From Octopus sinensis (taxonomy: Eukaryota): DNA of 59,663 nucleotides. Location of the stretch: positions 1 through 59,663 of the forward strand of contig NW_021832426.1 of NCBI RefSeq assembly GCF_006345805.1, written 5' to 3'. Positions within the stretch are counted from its first letter, which is position 1, and each line of letters begins with the position of its first letter. Position numbers and translations under genes: made by a program. The notes under the pieces are model-generated. The model ran no database searches. It was given only the letters and a program-made list of their open reading frames with translations, and was not told the origin of the DNA. This document shows, in pieces, positions 13,664 through 25,793 of the stretch.

Positions 13664-13857
13664 TACATATAGAAGTAGGTATGTACACGTGTATACGGTG
13701 TGTACAACTGTAGTAAACTCGGTTATGATTTATAAATTTCGCAGCTGGCCTATATTTCTTCGCAGGGCATAGTTTCAATTCATGAACCATTGAGTTATGT
13801 GCACAATGCATTTCCGCTGCATTGCTCTGCTCAACGAGTGAGTCAGCAAATATATAA

Positions 13858-14012
13858 TGTGGCTGTGTTGTAAGTAGCTTGCTTACCAACCACATGGTTC
13901 TGGGTTCAATCCCACTGCGTGGTACTTTGGGCAAGTGTCTTCTATTATAGCCTCGGGCCGACCAAAGTCTTGTGAGTGGATTTGGTAGACGGAAACTGAA
14001 AGAAGCCCGTCG

Positions 14013-14061
<49 letters not shown>

Positions 14062-14330
14062 TGTGTGTTTATGTGTGTGTGTCGGTATCTGTGTGCGTGT
14101 GTGTGTGTATGTTTCTGTATCTGTGTTTGTCCTACCAACATCGTTTGACAACCGATGCTGGTGTGTTTAAGTCCCCGTAGCTTAGCAGTTCGGCAAAAGA
14201 CATCGATAGAATAAGTACTAGGCTTCCAAAGAATAAGTCCTGGGGTCGATTTGCTCGACTAAAAAGCGGTGCTCCAGCATGGCCGCAGTCTAATGACTGA
14301 AACAAGTAGAAGTGTTAAAGAGTAAAAGAA
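13858..14330 (+). mobile_element. SINE family A
   Basis: Matches other family A copies; expanded internal (TG)n. Confidence 0.85.
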
Positions 14331-14551
14331 TGTCATTTCTTGTCTTGCCCTCTTCTAAATTAGATTATTTCTATCCCAGGTTATATGTTATGCAAATGGC
14401 CCAGTGGTCATGATTCAGCTATTCGTACAGTTGATATCCTATTACCGTGACTCAATACTCCAGCGGCATTATCGCGCATTAGGCAATTCATCAAGTAAGC
14501 TTGTGGCTTTGTAAAACAGAGACCGAGTTGAATGCGGTGGCATGCATCAGT

Positions 14552-14780
14552 ACCTATTTCTTTACTAACCACAAGGGGCTAAACATAGAGGGGACAAACA
14601 AGGACAGACAAAGGGATTAAGTCGATTAGATCGACCCCAGTGCGTAACTGGTACTTAATTTATCGACCCCGAAAGGATGAAAGGCAAAGTCGACCTCGGC
14701 GGAATTTGAACTCAGAACGTAACGGCAGACGAAATACGGCTACGCATTTCGCCCGGCGTGCTAACGATTCTGCCAGCTCG
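14552..14780 (-). mobile_element. SINE family C, full length
   Basis: Reverse complement of 15153-15384. Contains GTCGACTTTGCCTTTCATCCTTTCGGGGTCGATAAA, reminiscent of the Meta/MESC SINE central domain. Confidence 0.8.
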
Positions 14781-15152
14781 CATTCACCGGTACCGTCGTT
14801 TTCCACTCCCGTGTATTAGGAGAGGAAGGTGTGACAAGGTTGTCGCACCTTGTTTATTCATTATTATTCACGTACCACAATAGACTGTGAGCATTCGCTA
14901 TAATTTCTTATCTTTTATATTTCACTTCAGTCAATGGACTGCGGCCATGCTGGGATATCTCTGTGAATGTTTTTAGGCGGACTAAACCACAGCAATATTT
15001 ATTGTACTTATTTTATCCGTCTTAATGTTTGTTGATCCGATAAGCTACAAGCTAACAGCGGTTGCCAAGCTCTTGGTGAAGCACAAATATAGACTGAAAG
15101 ACATATGGATAGATATGTCTTTTCATATGATATTGACAGTGATATGTCAATA

Positions 15153-16303
15153 GGGCGGCGAGCTGGCAGAAACGTTAGCACGCCGGGCGAAATGCTCAGT
15201 GGTATTTTGTCTGCCGTTACGTTCTGAGTTCAAATTCCACCGAGGTCGACTTTGCCTTTCATCCTTTCGGGGTCGATTAAATAAGTACCAGTTATGCACT
15301 GGGGTCGATGTAAACGACTTAATCCCTTTGTCTGTCCTTGTTCGTCTTCTCTGTGTTTATCCCCTTGTGGGTTGTAAAGAAATAGGTATTTCGTCTGCCG
15401 CTACGTTCTGAGTTCAAATTCCGCCGAGGTCGACTTTGCCTTTCATCCTTTCGGGGTCGATTAAATAAGTACCAGTTACGCACTGGGGTCGATATAATCG
15501 ACTTAATCCGTTTGTCTGTCCTTGTTCGTCCTCTCTGTGTTTATCCCCTTGTGGGTAGTAAAGAAATAGGTATTTCGTCTGCCGCTACGTTCTGAGTTCA
15601 AATTCCGCCGAGGTCGATTTGCCTTTCATCCTTTCGGGGTCGATTAAATAAGTACCAGTTACGCACTGGGGTCGATATAATCGACTTAATCCGTTTGTCT
15701 GTCCTTGTTCGTCCTCTCTGTGTTTATCCCCTTGTGGGTAGAAAAGAAATAGGTATTTCGTCTGCCGCTACGTTCTGAGTTCAAATTCCGCCAAGGTCGA
15801 CTTTGCCTTTCATCCTTTCGGGGTCGATTAAATAAGTACCAGTTACGCACTGGGGTCGATATAATCGACTTAATCCGTTTGTCTGTCCTTGTTCGTCCTC
15901 TCTGTGTTTATCCCCTTGTGGGTAGTAAAGAAACAGGTATTTCGTCTGCCGCTACGTTCTGAGTTCAAATTCCACCGAGGTCGACTTTGCCTTTCATCCT
16001 TTCGGGGTCGATTAAATAAATACCAGTTACGCATTTGGGTCGATATAATCGACTTAATCCGTCTTTCTGTCCTTGTTTGTCCTCTCTGTGTTTAGCCCCT
16101 TGTGGGTAGTAAAGAAACAGGTATTTCGTCTGTCGTTACGCTCTGATTTCAAATTCCGCCGAGGTCGACTTTGCCTTTCATCCTTTCGGGGTCGATAAAT
16201 TAAGTACCAGTTACGCACTGGGGTCGATATAATCGACTTAATCCGTTTGTCTGTCCTTGTTTGTCCCCTCTGTGTTCAGCCCCTTGTGGGTAATAAAGAA
16301 ATA
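15153..16303 (+). repeat. SINE family C head followed by six tandem 184-bp SINE-derived units
   Basis: Unit starts (GGTATTT) at 15201, 15385, 15569, 15752, 15936 and 16120. Confidence 0.9.
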
Positions 16304-16785
16304 AGAAAGACATACGGATATATACGTATATGATGGTAGTCTTCTGTCGTCCGAGAAAGACGGTTCTACATTTTCTTACTGAGTAACCTGCACAAATGAT
16401 TTGTTTATAATAATGAAATGTATGTACCGTACATTAGCTCACCCCTCCATCAGGTCGATATTTTCTGAACAGGCACGCAGCTCACTTCCCCAACCATTCC
16501 CTTTATACAGCGATTATTATACTATCGCCAGCTACTCTCCATTGCTTTCAATATTTATTTATTAATTAGTTTATTTATAAAATTATTTACTTATATATTT
16601 ATTTTTCTTATTTACTATAGTGACTGTACATTATATGCCGTAAGGGTAGTCACTGCAGACAAATCAGCCTAACAACAGCAATATCAAAACTGAGGGCAGA
16701 TGGAGATTTCTACAATATTCAATGCTTTAAGGCAAAGAGGTAAGGCACTAAAACACTTGCTCCTAATCTCCTTATGCTGATGACT

Positions 16786-17169
16786 GGAGGCGCAATAGCC
16801 CAGTGGTTAGGGCAGCGGACTCGCGGTCGTAGGATCGCGGTTTCCGATTCCCAGACCGGGCGTTGTGAGTGTTTATTGAGTGAAAACACCTAAAGCTCCT
16901 CAAGGCTCCGGCAGGGGATGGTGGTGATCCCTGCTGTACTCTTTCACCACAACTTTCTCTCGCTCTTTCTTCTTGTTTCTGTTGTACCTGTATTTCAAAG
17001 GGCCGGCCTTGTCACTCTCTGTGTCACGCTGAATATCCTCGAGAACTGCGTTAAGGGTACACGTGTCTGTGGAGTGCTCAGCCACTTACACGTTAATTTC
17101 ACGAGCAGGCTGTTCCGTTGATCGGATCAACCGGAACCCTCGTCGTCGTAACCGACGGAGTGCTTCCTG
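16786..17169 (+). mobile_element. SINE family B (tRNA-derived head), full length
   Basis: GGAGGCGCAATAGCCCAGTGG A box and B-box-like GGTTTCCGATTCCC. TSD TATGCTGATGACT at 16773-16785 and 17170-17182. Confidence 0.9.
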
Positions 17170-17513
17170 TATGCTGATGACTGTGCAAGTGTAATCCACT
17201 TGGAGGATGACCTTCGATGGCTTACAGAACCTGTGTCGGCGGCTGCCGAACGTTTTGGACTTACAATAAATGCTAAGAAGGCTGAGGTGGTGTACCAACC
17301 AGAAAAGGGTTAAACCGCAAACGTCCCTCAAGAAAATATAAAATGGCAGCAACTACCTTAATGTTGAATCCTTCGTGTATTTTGGTAGCAAACGCTCTTT
17401 TCCCAACAGCCTCGATAAAGATTATCTATTCGTATCGCCAGGACAAGTGGTTATTATGGCCGACTCCACAACCGTTTGTGGAACGAAAGGGTCTTGAAAC
17501 TGGAGAGCAAGTG

Positions 17514-17900
17514 AATGGAAGCACTCCGTCGGTTACGACGATGAGGGTTCCGATTGATCCGAATCAACGGAACAGCCTGCTCGTGAAATTAACGTGTCAG
17601 TGGCTGAGCACTCCACAGACACGTGTACCCTTAACGTAGTTCTCGGGGATATTCAGCGTGACACAGAGAGTGACAAGGCCGGCCCTTTGAAATACAGGTA
17701 CAACAGAAACAGGAAGTAAGAGTGAGAGAAAGTTGTGGTGAAAGAGTACAGCAGGGATCACCACCATCCCCTGCCGGAGCCTCGTGGAGCTTTAGGTGTT
17801 TTCGCTCAATAAACACTCACAACGCCCGGTCTGGGAATCGAAACCACGATCCTATGACCGCGAGTCCGCTGCCCTAACCACTGGGCCATTGCGCCTCCAC
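17514..17900 (-). mobile_element. SINE family B, full length
   Basis: TSD GGAGAGCAAGTG at 17502-17513 and 17901-17912. Confidence 0.9.
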
Positions 17901-18020
17901 GGAGAGCAAGTGCGCAGTATACAAAGTAGTAGTCCTAACTGTATTGCTGTATGGATGCGAGTCGTGGACTCTCTAGCAAGGGATTCCAAGTATTTTCATA
18001 TCTGCAGTGCTGAGGAAATA

Positions 18021-18586
18021 TTGGGTTGTCCAGAAAGTTCGTGCCGATTTATAGTAGCTTACCTTTCGGCTTATTTTAGAACATGGTCAAGTCTATAAAA
18101 TAGGATTTGACTACACCTCCATTTAGAGCACAGTTTAAGCTATCTTTTCGTGGAAGAAGGCTTATGTTCCTATAACCTGTGTTAATTCTGTAACCCTTTA
18201 AAATGGAAGATAAGAAAGTTCATTTTCGGCACTTGATGCTTTGGGAACCAAACAAAAATTGCTGCAGCTCAGCTGGGATGTGTTACCCCACCCTCCATAT
18301 TCACCAGATATTGCTCCTTCGGATTTCCACTTATTCAGGTCTCTGCAGAATAGTCTTAATGGTAAAAATTTCAATTCCTTGGGTGACTTAAAACGATACC
18401 TTGATGAATTCTTTGACATGAAACCACCTCAATTCTGGGAAGAGGGTATTTTCAAGTTAAAGGAAAGATGGAGACGCATTGTGCAACAAAATGGATCACA
18501 TTTGGTTGTTTAAAAATTTAATGGCAAGTATTTATCGACCTTCTTCTTGCCTTTAAAAATCGGCACAAACTTTCCGGACAACCCAA
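18021..18586 (+). mobile_element. Internally deleted mariner transposon
   Basis: TIRs TTGGGTTGTCCAGAAAGTTCGTGCCGATTT / AAATCGGCACAAACTTTCCGGACAACCCAA, with TA on both sides. N-terminus MEDKKVHFRHLML is joined to a C-terminus containing HPPYSPDIAPSDFHLF. Confidence 0.92.
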
Positions 18587-18739
18587 TATTTATAGAATTA
18601 ATTTGCTACTGGCTGAATTGGAAACAAGAAATAAGAAAATACCCCAAAAAATTTCACGACGAAAATGAGACAGACTGAAATGGTTTTTTACTACATTTCA
18701 TGCATTTGACGCTGTTTAGTGAATAGAAATATATAAATA

Positions 18740-19586
18740 GTAGCAGAATTGCCCGGCGTTGCTCGGGGTTGAATTGCTTGAAAGTACTGTTAATGATTGC
18801 ACTGAATTATGATGATTATTCAGGCAAATATTAATATAAGTTTACTGTGGGAGATAAGGACTTAACGATGAAACGTGTGCCATTGCATTGTTTTGGGGGA
18901 ACCAAATTTCTGATGAGCATTATAGGGGCACCAACTTTAAGTTTGAGAAAGTGTGGTGGTAGTCCGGGGTGCTCAAAGGAATTGAGTACCTCTATTGGAT
19001 AGTTGATGACGTCCTCTGGGTCAGGAGTTGTATCGATAGACTGATATACATAGACTTCCCCAGGAATGAGTTTTAGCATTTCATCATTAATATGGTGAAC
19101 AGTTTTATTCCTCGGGGCCAGTATAGCCTTTTTGCCAATCCAATCTATATTCTGATAATTAGCTTGTAGATCTGGGAACACTGCATCTCTGAGATCAGAA
19201 GGCGTCTTAACAATGGTACAAATGGAATCGATGGCAATATTACCATTTTCATCCCCTGGTATTTTGCCTTCGCCAAGTGCAAGGAGGGTGTGAGGAAATG
19301 CTGCTGATGTGATATTACGTCGCATATGAGCACGCATATTGGTGTGAAGTTTGAGAGTTACTTCCCTTTATTAAAAAATATGCATTAAAATGGAAAAAAA
19401 TTATGGTAAATTATTTGTAAAATCGTAGACTCATCGTAGACGCGCGTTAATACCCAGAAGGGCTCGATATGAATCACGACTATAAGATACCCGGTTTTGG
19501 TTAAACTGCATCGCAAAATGTGGGAGTAGTTAGGAATCTAAATCGGAGTAGACAGACACACAACTTTTCTTTTATATATATAAAGA
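18740..19586 (-). mobile_element. Helitron family 1 derivative retaining a Pif1-like helicase fragment (18831-19350)
   Basis: AILAPRN...IN, GLPPHFLKLKVGAPIMLIRNL...CNGTR are Helitron RepHel helicase motifs. 5' A|TC start; 3' CCCGAGCAACGCCGGG...CTAC end. Confidence 0.9.
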
Positions 19587-20605
19587 TTTTCGTCCTAAAT
19601 AACTTTGTATGGATTGAATGGTTACCTCTATGGAAATATATACACGCACATTATACATACATGTGTGTATAGATGAATATATAAATACATTTAAATATCT
19701 ATATACACTTTTGGGCGATCTTTCTGTTTCTTAGAGATAACTTTAGATCTTATTTTCGTCCTAAAAAACTTTGTATGGAGTGAATGGTTACCTCTATGGA
19801 AATATATACACACACGTTATACATACATGTGTGCATAGATGAATATATAAATACATTTATATATCTATATACACTTTTGGGCGATCTTTGTGCTACTTAG
19901 AGATAACTTTAGATCTTATTTTCGTCCTAAAAAACTTTGTGTGGAGTGAATGGTTTCGTCTATGGAAATATATACACACACATTATACATACATCTGTGT
20001 ATAGATGAATATATAAATACATTTAAATATCTATATACACTTTTGGGCGATCTTTCTGCGACTTGGATATACTTTAGATCTTATATTCGTCCTAAATAAC
20101 TTTGTATGGAGTGAATGGTTACCTCTATGGAAATATATACACACACATTATACATACATCTGTGTATAGATGAATATATAAATACATTTAAATATCTATA
20201 TACACTTTTGGGCGATCTTTCTGCGACTTGGATATACTTTAGATCTTATATTCGTCCTAAATAACTTTGTATGGAGTGAATGGTTACCTCTATGGAAATA
20301 TATACACACACATTATACATACATCTGTGTATAGATGAATATATAAATGCATTTAAATATCTATATACACTTTTGGGCGATCTTTCTGCGACTTGGATAT
20401 ACTTTAGATCTTATATTCGTCCTAAATAACTTTGTATGGAGTGAATGGTTACCTCTATGGAAATATATACACACACATTATACATACATCTGTGTATAGA
20501 TGAATATATAAATACATTTAAATATCTATATACACTTTTGGGCGATCTTTCTGCTACTTGGATATACTTTAGATCTTATATTCGTCCTAAAATACTTTGT
20601 ATGAA
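19587..20605 (+). repeat. 165/166-bp minisatellite, six units plus a partial
   Basis: CGTCCTAAA recurs at 19591, 19757, 19923, 20088, 20253, 20418 and 20583. Confidence 0.95.
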
Positions 20606-20949
20606 TTGAAAAAGAAAATGAATTGAAATTTTTAAGAAATGTATTTGTTTACATAGATGTGTGAAATGGCAAATGTTTGTGCAGTTGTCCGAAATGGAAC
20701 CAGGGTAAATGTGTGGAACTGATGTATTATAATGAATAGTCCTTCTTGTTGTGAATATTAATTTGATTAATATGAACTGAAAACCAGTACGCACCCTCAC
20801 ACACACACACACACACAAACTCACACACACGCACACACACACACGTTAGCTTACAATTTTATTTATATATTTGCGTGTGTATGTGTGTAAAGAGGAAGTG
20901 GGAGTAATATGCAGAGTAAAGGCTTTGAAGTGAAATGGTAAAATATTTA

Positions 20950-21450
20950 GTTTTCTCGAATTTTTTCTGAAATGGGGGTGAAATTGAAAGAAATTTTGTA
21001 TGCCATGACCGAATGGAAGTACTTTGAAAAATCATAGGTAAACTCTAATTGAAGAAATTGTGTGAGGAGTAAATCGTTATGTATTTATTTGTTTCTGTTT
21101 GCTGTGTTTTTTTTGAGTAGTGGTTTAAGGTACACTTGCAAAGAGAAAGTATGAGTGAAGCAGTTCATCCGTTTTATATAAATACTTTCACTTTAATCGT
21201 TGCACACTTGCAAAGAGAAAGGAGGAGAAATTAGGGTGATAGAATGAGTGAAGCATTTCGCTCCGTTTGTGTGTGTGTGTGTGTGTGTGTGCTGTAGCCC
21301 ACACTAAGAAAAGCACTTCACTTACACACCACAAAGTGAGTTTTCTCGAAATTTTGCTTAATTGGGGTTGAAATTTGAAAAACTGTACCTGGCACGACCC
21401 GATGCATTCTACTCTTAAAAATGCTAAGTAAATTGTAATTGAAGAAATCC
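20950..21450 (+). repeat. Old diverged direct duplication (20950-21060 vs 21340-21450)
   Basis: GTTTTCTCGAA...GGGG(G/T)TGAAATT...TAATTGAAGAAAT occurs in both. Confidence 0.6.
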
Positions 21451-21719
21451 TATATTGTAGATTTCTATAAGAGACAAAGGGAGGCAGATAAAATCTGCCT
21501 TTTATAATAAGAGATGCAATACATAAATAACCTATATTCTGAGGTAGAAATAATTTGAGAACAGGCAAGAAAAGAAATAACTCGTTATTTATTTGCTGAC
21601 AAACTCGTTGAGCAGAGAAGTACAGTGGAAATGTGTTGAGCACATTATTCAGAGGGCTGCGAATTGAAACTATGCCCTGCGAAGAAATCAAGGCCATCTG
21701 CGATTTTCTTTCTTTTCTT

Positions 21720-21826
21720 TAACTTGTTTAACTTTTCTTTAACTTGTTTCAGTCATTTCACTGCGGCCATGCTGGAGCACCGCCTTTAGTCGATCAAGCA
21801 AATCGACCCGCAGGACTTATTCTTTT
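21720..21826 (-). mobile_element. SINE family A 3' fragment
   Basis: ACTTGTTTCAGTCATT...GCCATGCTGGAGCACCGCC. Confidence 0.8.
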
Positions 21827-21945
21827 CAATACATCCGTTTCAATAAATATTATTTTTTACCATCTAATGTTGTTTTTTCCTTTCTTTGAAAATTACTCTA
21901 TAGCATAATGCTTAAATTCGTATAGGTTTTAACCTTTTAAAAAGA

Positions 21946-22098
21946 TTCTGTTGTGTCTGGAGAGAGTCATTTTCTTTTTGTGCCTTATAATGTAACACAC
22001 TCACCGCTAAAATTTCCACTTATTCTTATTTTTATTTTCCTAAAATTTTCGTTGCGTCTTGCAACCTTTTCAGTAGTCTTGACTCCAAAAACGAAATA
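21946..22098. mobile_element. Fold-back element family F, copy 1
   Basis: Matches 57850-57985 and 59297-59402. Flanking direct repeat CTTTTAAAAAGA at 21934-21945 and 22099-22110. Confidence 0.7.
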
Positions 22099-23659
22099 CT
22101 TTTAAAAAGAGTTCAGATCAAGACCGTGTTAGATACAGCATGCAGTACGAATTCAAAATATTCATTTTACTTATGAATGTCCGGCCATGTGAACTATTAT
22201 TTGGTCAGTTTCACTCTGGAAATTTTTCTCTCTATCTGGACGGCCAAGTTCTGTCGATACTGAGCCTCTGAAAACCGCAGTTGGAAAGAATTACAACCGT
22301 GTTTCGTGGTCAGCTACCACAACAGCTCCTTTATAGGATCCAGTTAGCTCAAGACATCATCAGGAGGAACCACGTCCGGTTTTGGCCCCTACTCCTCTAC
22401 CGTTTTGACGTGGCGGGGCCCCACCTTTCGGATGTGTCTTCAGCTCTGGTGTTGGGTGCATGTCTTCTTTCTTCTGTTCCCTGGCTTTCTTCGATGTATC
22501 GTCAGCTAGTGTCAGCCGGTGACTGACTGACTTTTTCCCCTCTAGATATCTGCCGCTAGGCTCCAGCAGGCGGCCCCAGCAAGTTGCCACGCGACACTGT
22601 CTCACCATAACTGACTAGTGAAGGCGCGTAGTTTTAGCCCGCGCTTTTTCTAGATTTGGTAGACGGAAACTGAAAGAAGCCCGTCGTATATGTGTGTGTG
22701 TGTGTGTGTGTGTTATGTATGTGTGTGTATGTGTGTGTGTCGGTATCTGTGTGTGTGTGTATATGTTTCTGTATCTGTGTTTGCCCTACCGTGACTCAAT
22801 ACTCCATATTAATTTATACGCCTTTTTCCTAGAAAATAGGAGACTATTTGAAGCTTGATTCTTATTGGCTACTTCTCTTACACCATACATCTGTGTATGA
22901 CTAGATCTCGCTAGGTTGACCTTCTTTCATAGAAATAGAGAGAGACACGCACAGAGACAGACAGACAGAGAGAGAGAGGGTGAAGTATTATAACGTCGGG
23001 GTAAGTCACAACATCTTTAGATGTTTATTGTTATTATTTTTATGTATTTTACGCTTATATATATGCAAATGACAAATGGTGCTTCATTTTTTAAAACATT
23101 GTCGTAACATAAATATCAAGTAAAAAAAAAACCTTTTTTTTTGTTTATAAGTGTTAAATGGACAATCGTATCGTGAGGTAGTCGTTAAAAATAGCATAAA
23201 ATACCCTTCAAATACCCTTCAAAGAACAAACTTACGTTCTAGCAAAATAGGGAGAATGCATAAAATATAGCAAGTCGTTAGACTATTGCCTCGCCTGCTC
23301 GAAATAGCAGACAAATCTCCCCCGAAACACACACCCTGACGTATTTAAGAGAACCTTTCTCCAAAGTTTTGACTATAACAAGTATGAGTCGTTTTACCTG
23401 TAGGAAACAATGGCGAAATCTCCCTGAAATTATTCCCGAACGTCCTAAACAAATAGAAAAGACGGACAAAATAACAAAAATGAAGTAATAGTCATTTTTT
23501 TTTTGTTTTTGTAAACCACATCCAAACGTAATGAAATGAACTTTTTTTTATACGAGTTTTGACTAGCATGCATGAGTCGCTCGACAAGCTAGAAATAGCA
23601 GGCTATTCTGTCTTATTGAAAGCACAAAATATGCATTGTGTGAAAACGAACAACTTCCT

Positions 23660-23900
23660 TATATATTTACTACCCACAAGGGGCTAAACAAAGAGGGGAC
23701 AGACAAGAACAGACAAAGGGATTAAGTCGATTAGATCGACCCCAGTGCGTAACTGGTACTTAATTTATCGACCCTGAAAGGATCAAAGGCAAAGTCGACC
23801 TCGGCGGAATTTGAACTCAGAACGTAGCGGCAGACGAAATATCTATTTCTTTACTACCCACAAGGGGCTAAACATAGAGGGGACAAACAAGGACAGATAG
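23660..23900 (-). mobile_element. SINE family C with a partial second tandem unit
   Basis: Matches 14552-14780; the tail is repeated at 23843-23897. Confidence 0.8.
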
Positions 23901-24418
23901 GCTTCATTTAATCTGGAGACCCCAAACAATTTGTAGATGCACCCAAACTTAATAAAATCTCGGAAGCTTCAGAAAGAACTCAAATTTAATGTTTCCCAGT
24001 AATTTAACAGGGCCAAATAATCGAAAGGGTTCAATAATTTTGAAAGAATTCTATTGGATTAAAAGAAAATAAACAATTAAAAAAAACATTACAAATAATT
24101 TGATTGCTATTGAAATATAATTGCTTAATTTTTAACGCCAAGCTTTAGGCTTTTCAGGGTTATAAGGGACTCAACGCTTACTTCTACTCAGAGACCCTGA
24201 TCCATACGTAAAACTGGACCTGATTGGGGTCCACATTTAATTTTAATTACGGAATTAATAATCTTGTCTTTTATTCCTTTTTACCAGAATTACTCATTTA
24301 ATTAATGCGTTTTACTTTATTCTCCATTACAGCGATAACTTTATTTGATTAATGAGGTCAACCAAACGCTCAATAATTTTTTCTCTGCTTTTCTTTCTTT
24401 AAAATTCACAGAAAAATT

Positions 24419-24836
24419 GGATCTTTTCGGTTTGAACGGCAGTTTTCTAAAATAATTTCCACGTAACTAAACACCTTTAAACTTCGTATACTTGTAGAAT
24501 GTGTTTATAAAATATCTTTTTCTCTTGGCTTTATTGAGAAAATTCTATAGTTTGTAAGATATTTGTTGCTTTTTTTTCTTCAATTTCTGCAATTTCAACT
24601 AATCAATGACGTCTATTGAGGTGAAAACATTCTGTGTCGTATGAATATGTCCCTCGTTTAAAAAAACAGATTGGGTTTATTTACATTTGTGAAGAAAAAA
24701 AGATACCCTTCCCCCCACCCCTAACCCTAACCCTAAAACAGATTGAAATGCAATAGATCGATTCTAGGGTCATAATTATGGGTGACAATTTCATATAACA
24801 CCGCTAGAAAAAACTGCCGTTCAAACCGAAAGATCC
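24419..24836 (+). mobile_element. MITE, Merlin-like
   Basis: TIR GGATCTTTTCGGTTTGAACGGCAGTTTT; 8-bp TSD GAAAAATT at 24411-24418 and 24837-24844. Confidence 0.85.
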
Positions 24837-25024
24837 GAAAAATTAACCATCTAGGGCTTAAGGGCAGGAGACCCCAGACCTTGGGAAAAAAGAAGCTTTG
24901 GTCGTCTTGTTATAGTCGAGGGATCTTCGTTGACGCCCGACACCACTGGGAGGTGGCCCTCAAAGCGCTGGAAATAGAGATCTCCAGGTCCAAATTCTTA
25001 AATGGATGCTGTTGTTGTTGCTGT

Positions 25025-25420
25025 TACTCTTTTACTTGTTTCAGTCATGTGACTGTGGCCATGCAGGAGCACCGCCTTTAGTCGAGCAAATCGACCCCCA
25101 GGACTTATTCATTGTAAGCCTAGTACTTATTCTATCGGTCTCTTTCGCCGAACCGCTAATTTACGGGGACTTAAACACACCAGCATCGGTTGTCAAGCGA
25201 AGTTGAGGGGGGGGGGCAACACAGACACACAAACATATATACACACACACATACATATATACACATATACGACGAGCTTCTTTCAGTTTCCGTCTACCAA
25301 ATCCACTAACAAGGCCCGAGGCTATAATAGAAGACACTAGCCCAAGGTGCCACGCAGTGGGACTGAACCCGGAACCATGCGGTTCGTAAGCAAGCTACTC
25401 ACCACACAGACACTCCTACA
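25025..25420 (-). mobile_element. SINE family A
   Basis: Matches other copies. Confidence 0.85.
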
Positions 25421-25636
25421 CCTGTTGAGTCCCGACTCATCATTTCTCACGCCGACTAATTATCAATGTCTAAACGCAGCTGAAACATTCTTTTGTTTTA
25501 AGAAGCTGCATAACCTGCATTACATTATCAAAACTGCATGATGGGGCTTGAGAGAAGGATATGTAGCTACTATTTTCAGCAGGTCGTAAAACCACTTACG
25601 TGCCATTTTATTATTTGTGTAAGTAAGTTGAAAATG

Positions 25637-25793
25637 TATAAAATATCTAATGTTTGCCACTCACAGTGTATTCTCGGAATTTCTGATGTCATGTGATTTC
25701 CTAAGAAATTATGCTTTATGGAGGATATCTAGTGATAACACCTAATTGTCATTGCCCGAAAGTTATTATTATACTGCACTTGTATGTACAGGT
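25637..25793 (+). promoter_or_regulatory. Candidate TATA box, non-coding first exon and splice donor of microprotein gene 1
   Basis: TATAAAA at 25637-25643 and CAG|GTAAAC with GT at 25792-25793. Both are conserved in the paralogous segment 58584-58733. Confidence 0.45.

Larger units (their letters stand above)
16690..18020 (+). pseudogene. Degenerate RTE-clade reverse transcriptase remnant interrupted by two SINEs
   Basis: YADDCA (TATGCTGATGACTGTGCA), AAERFGLTINAKKAEVVYQP and VVLTVLLYGCESWTL, with frameshifts and stops. Confidence 0.75.

Noticed and set aside
16773-16790. CTGATGA as a hammerhead core
   Set aside because: It is the YADD-encoding sequence of the dead RT, duplicated as a SINE TSD.
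18831-19337. Host PIF1 helicase gene
   Set aside because: Partial domain enclosed by Helitron termini shared with non-autonomous copies.
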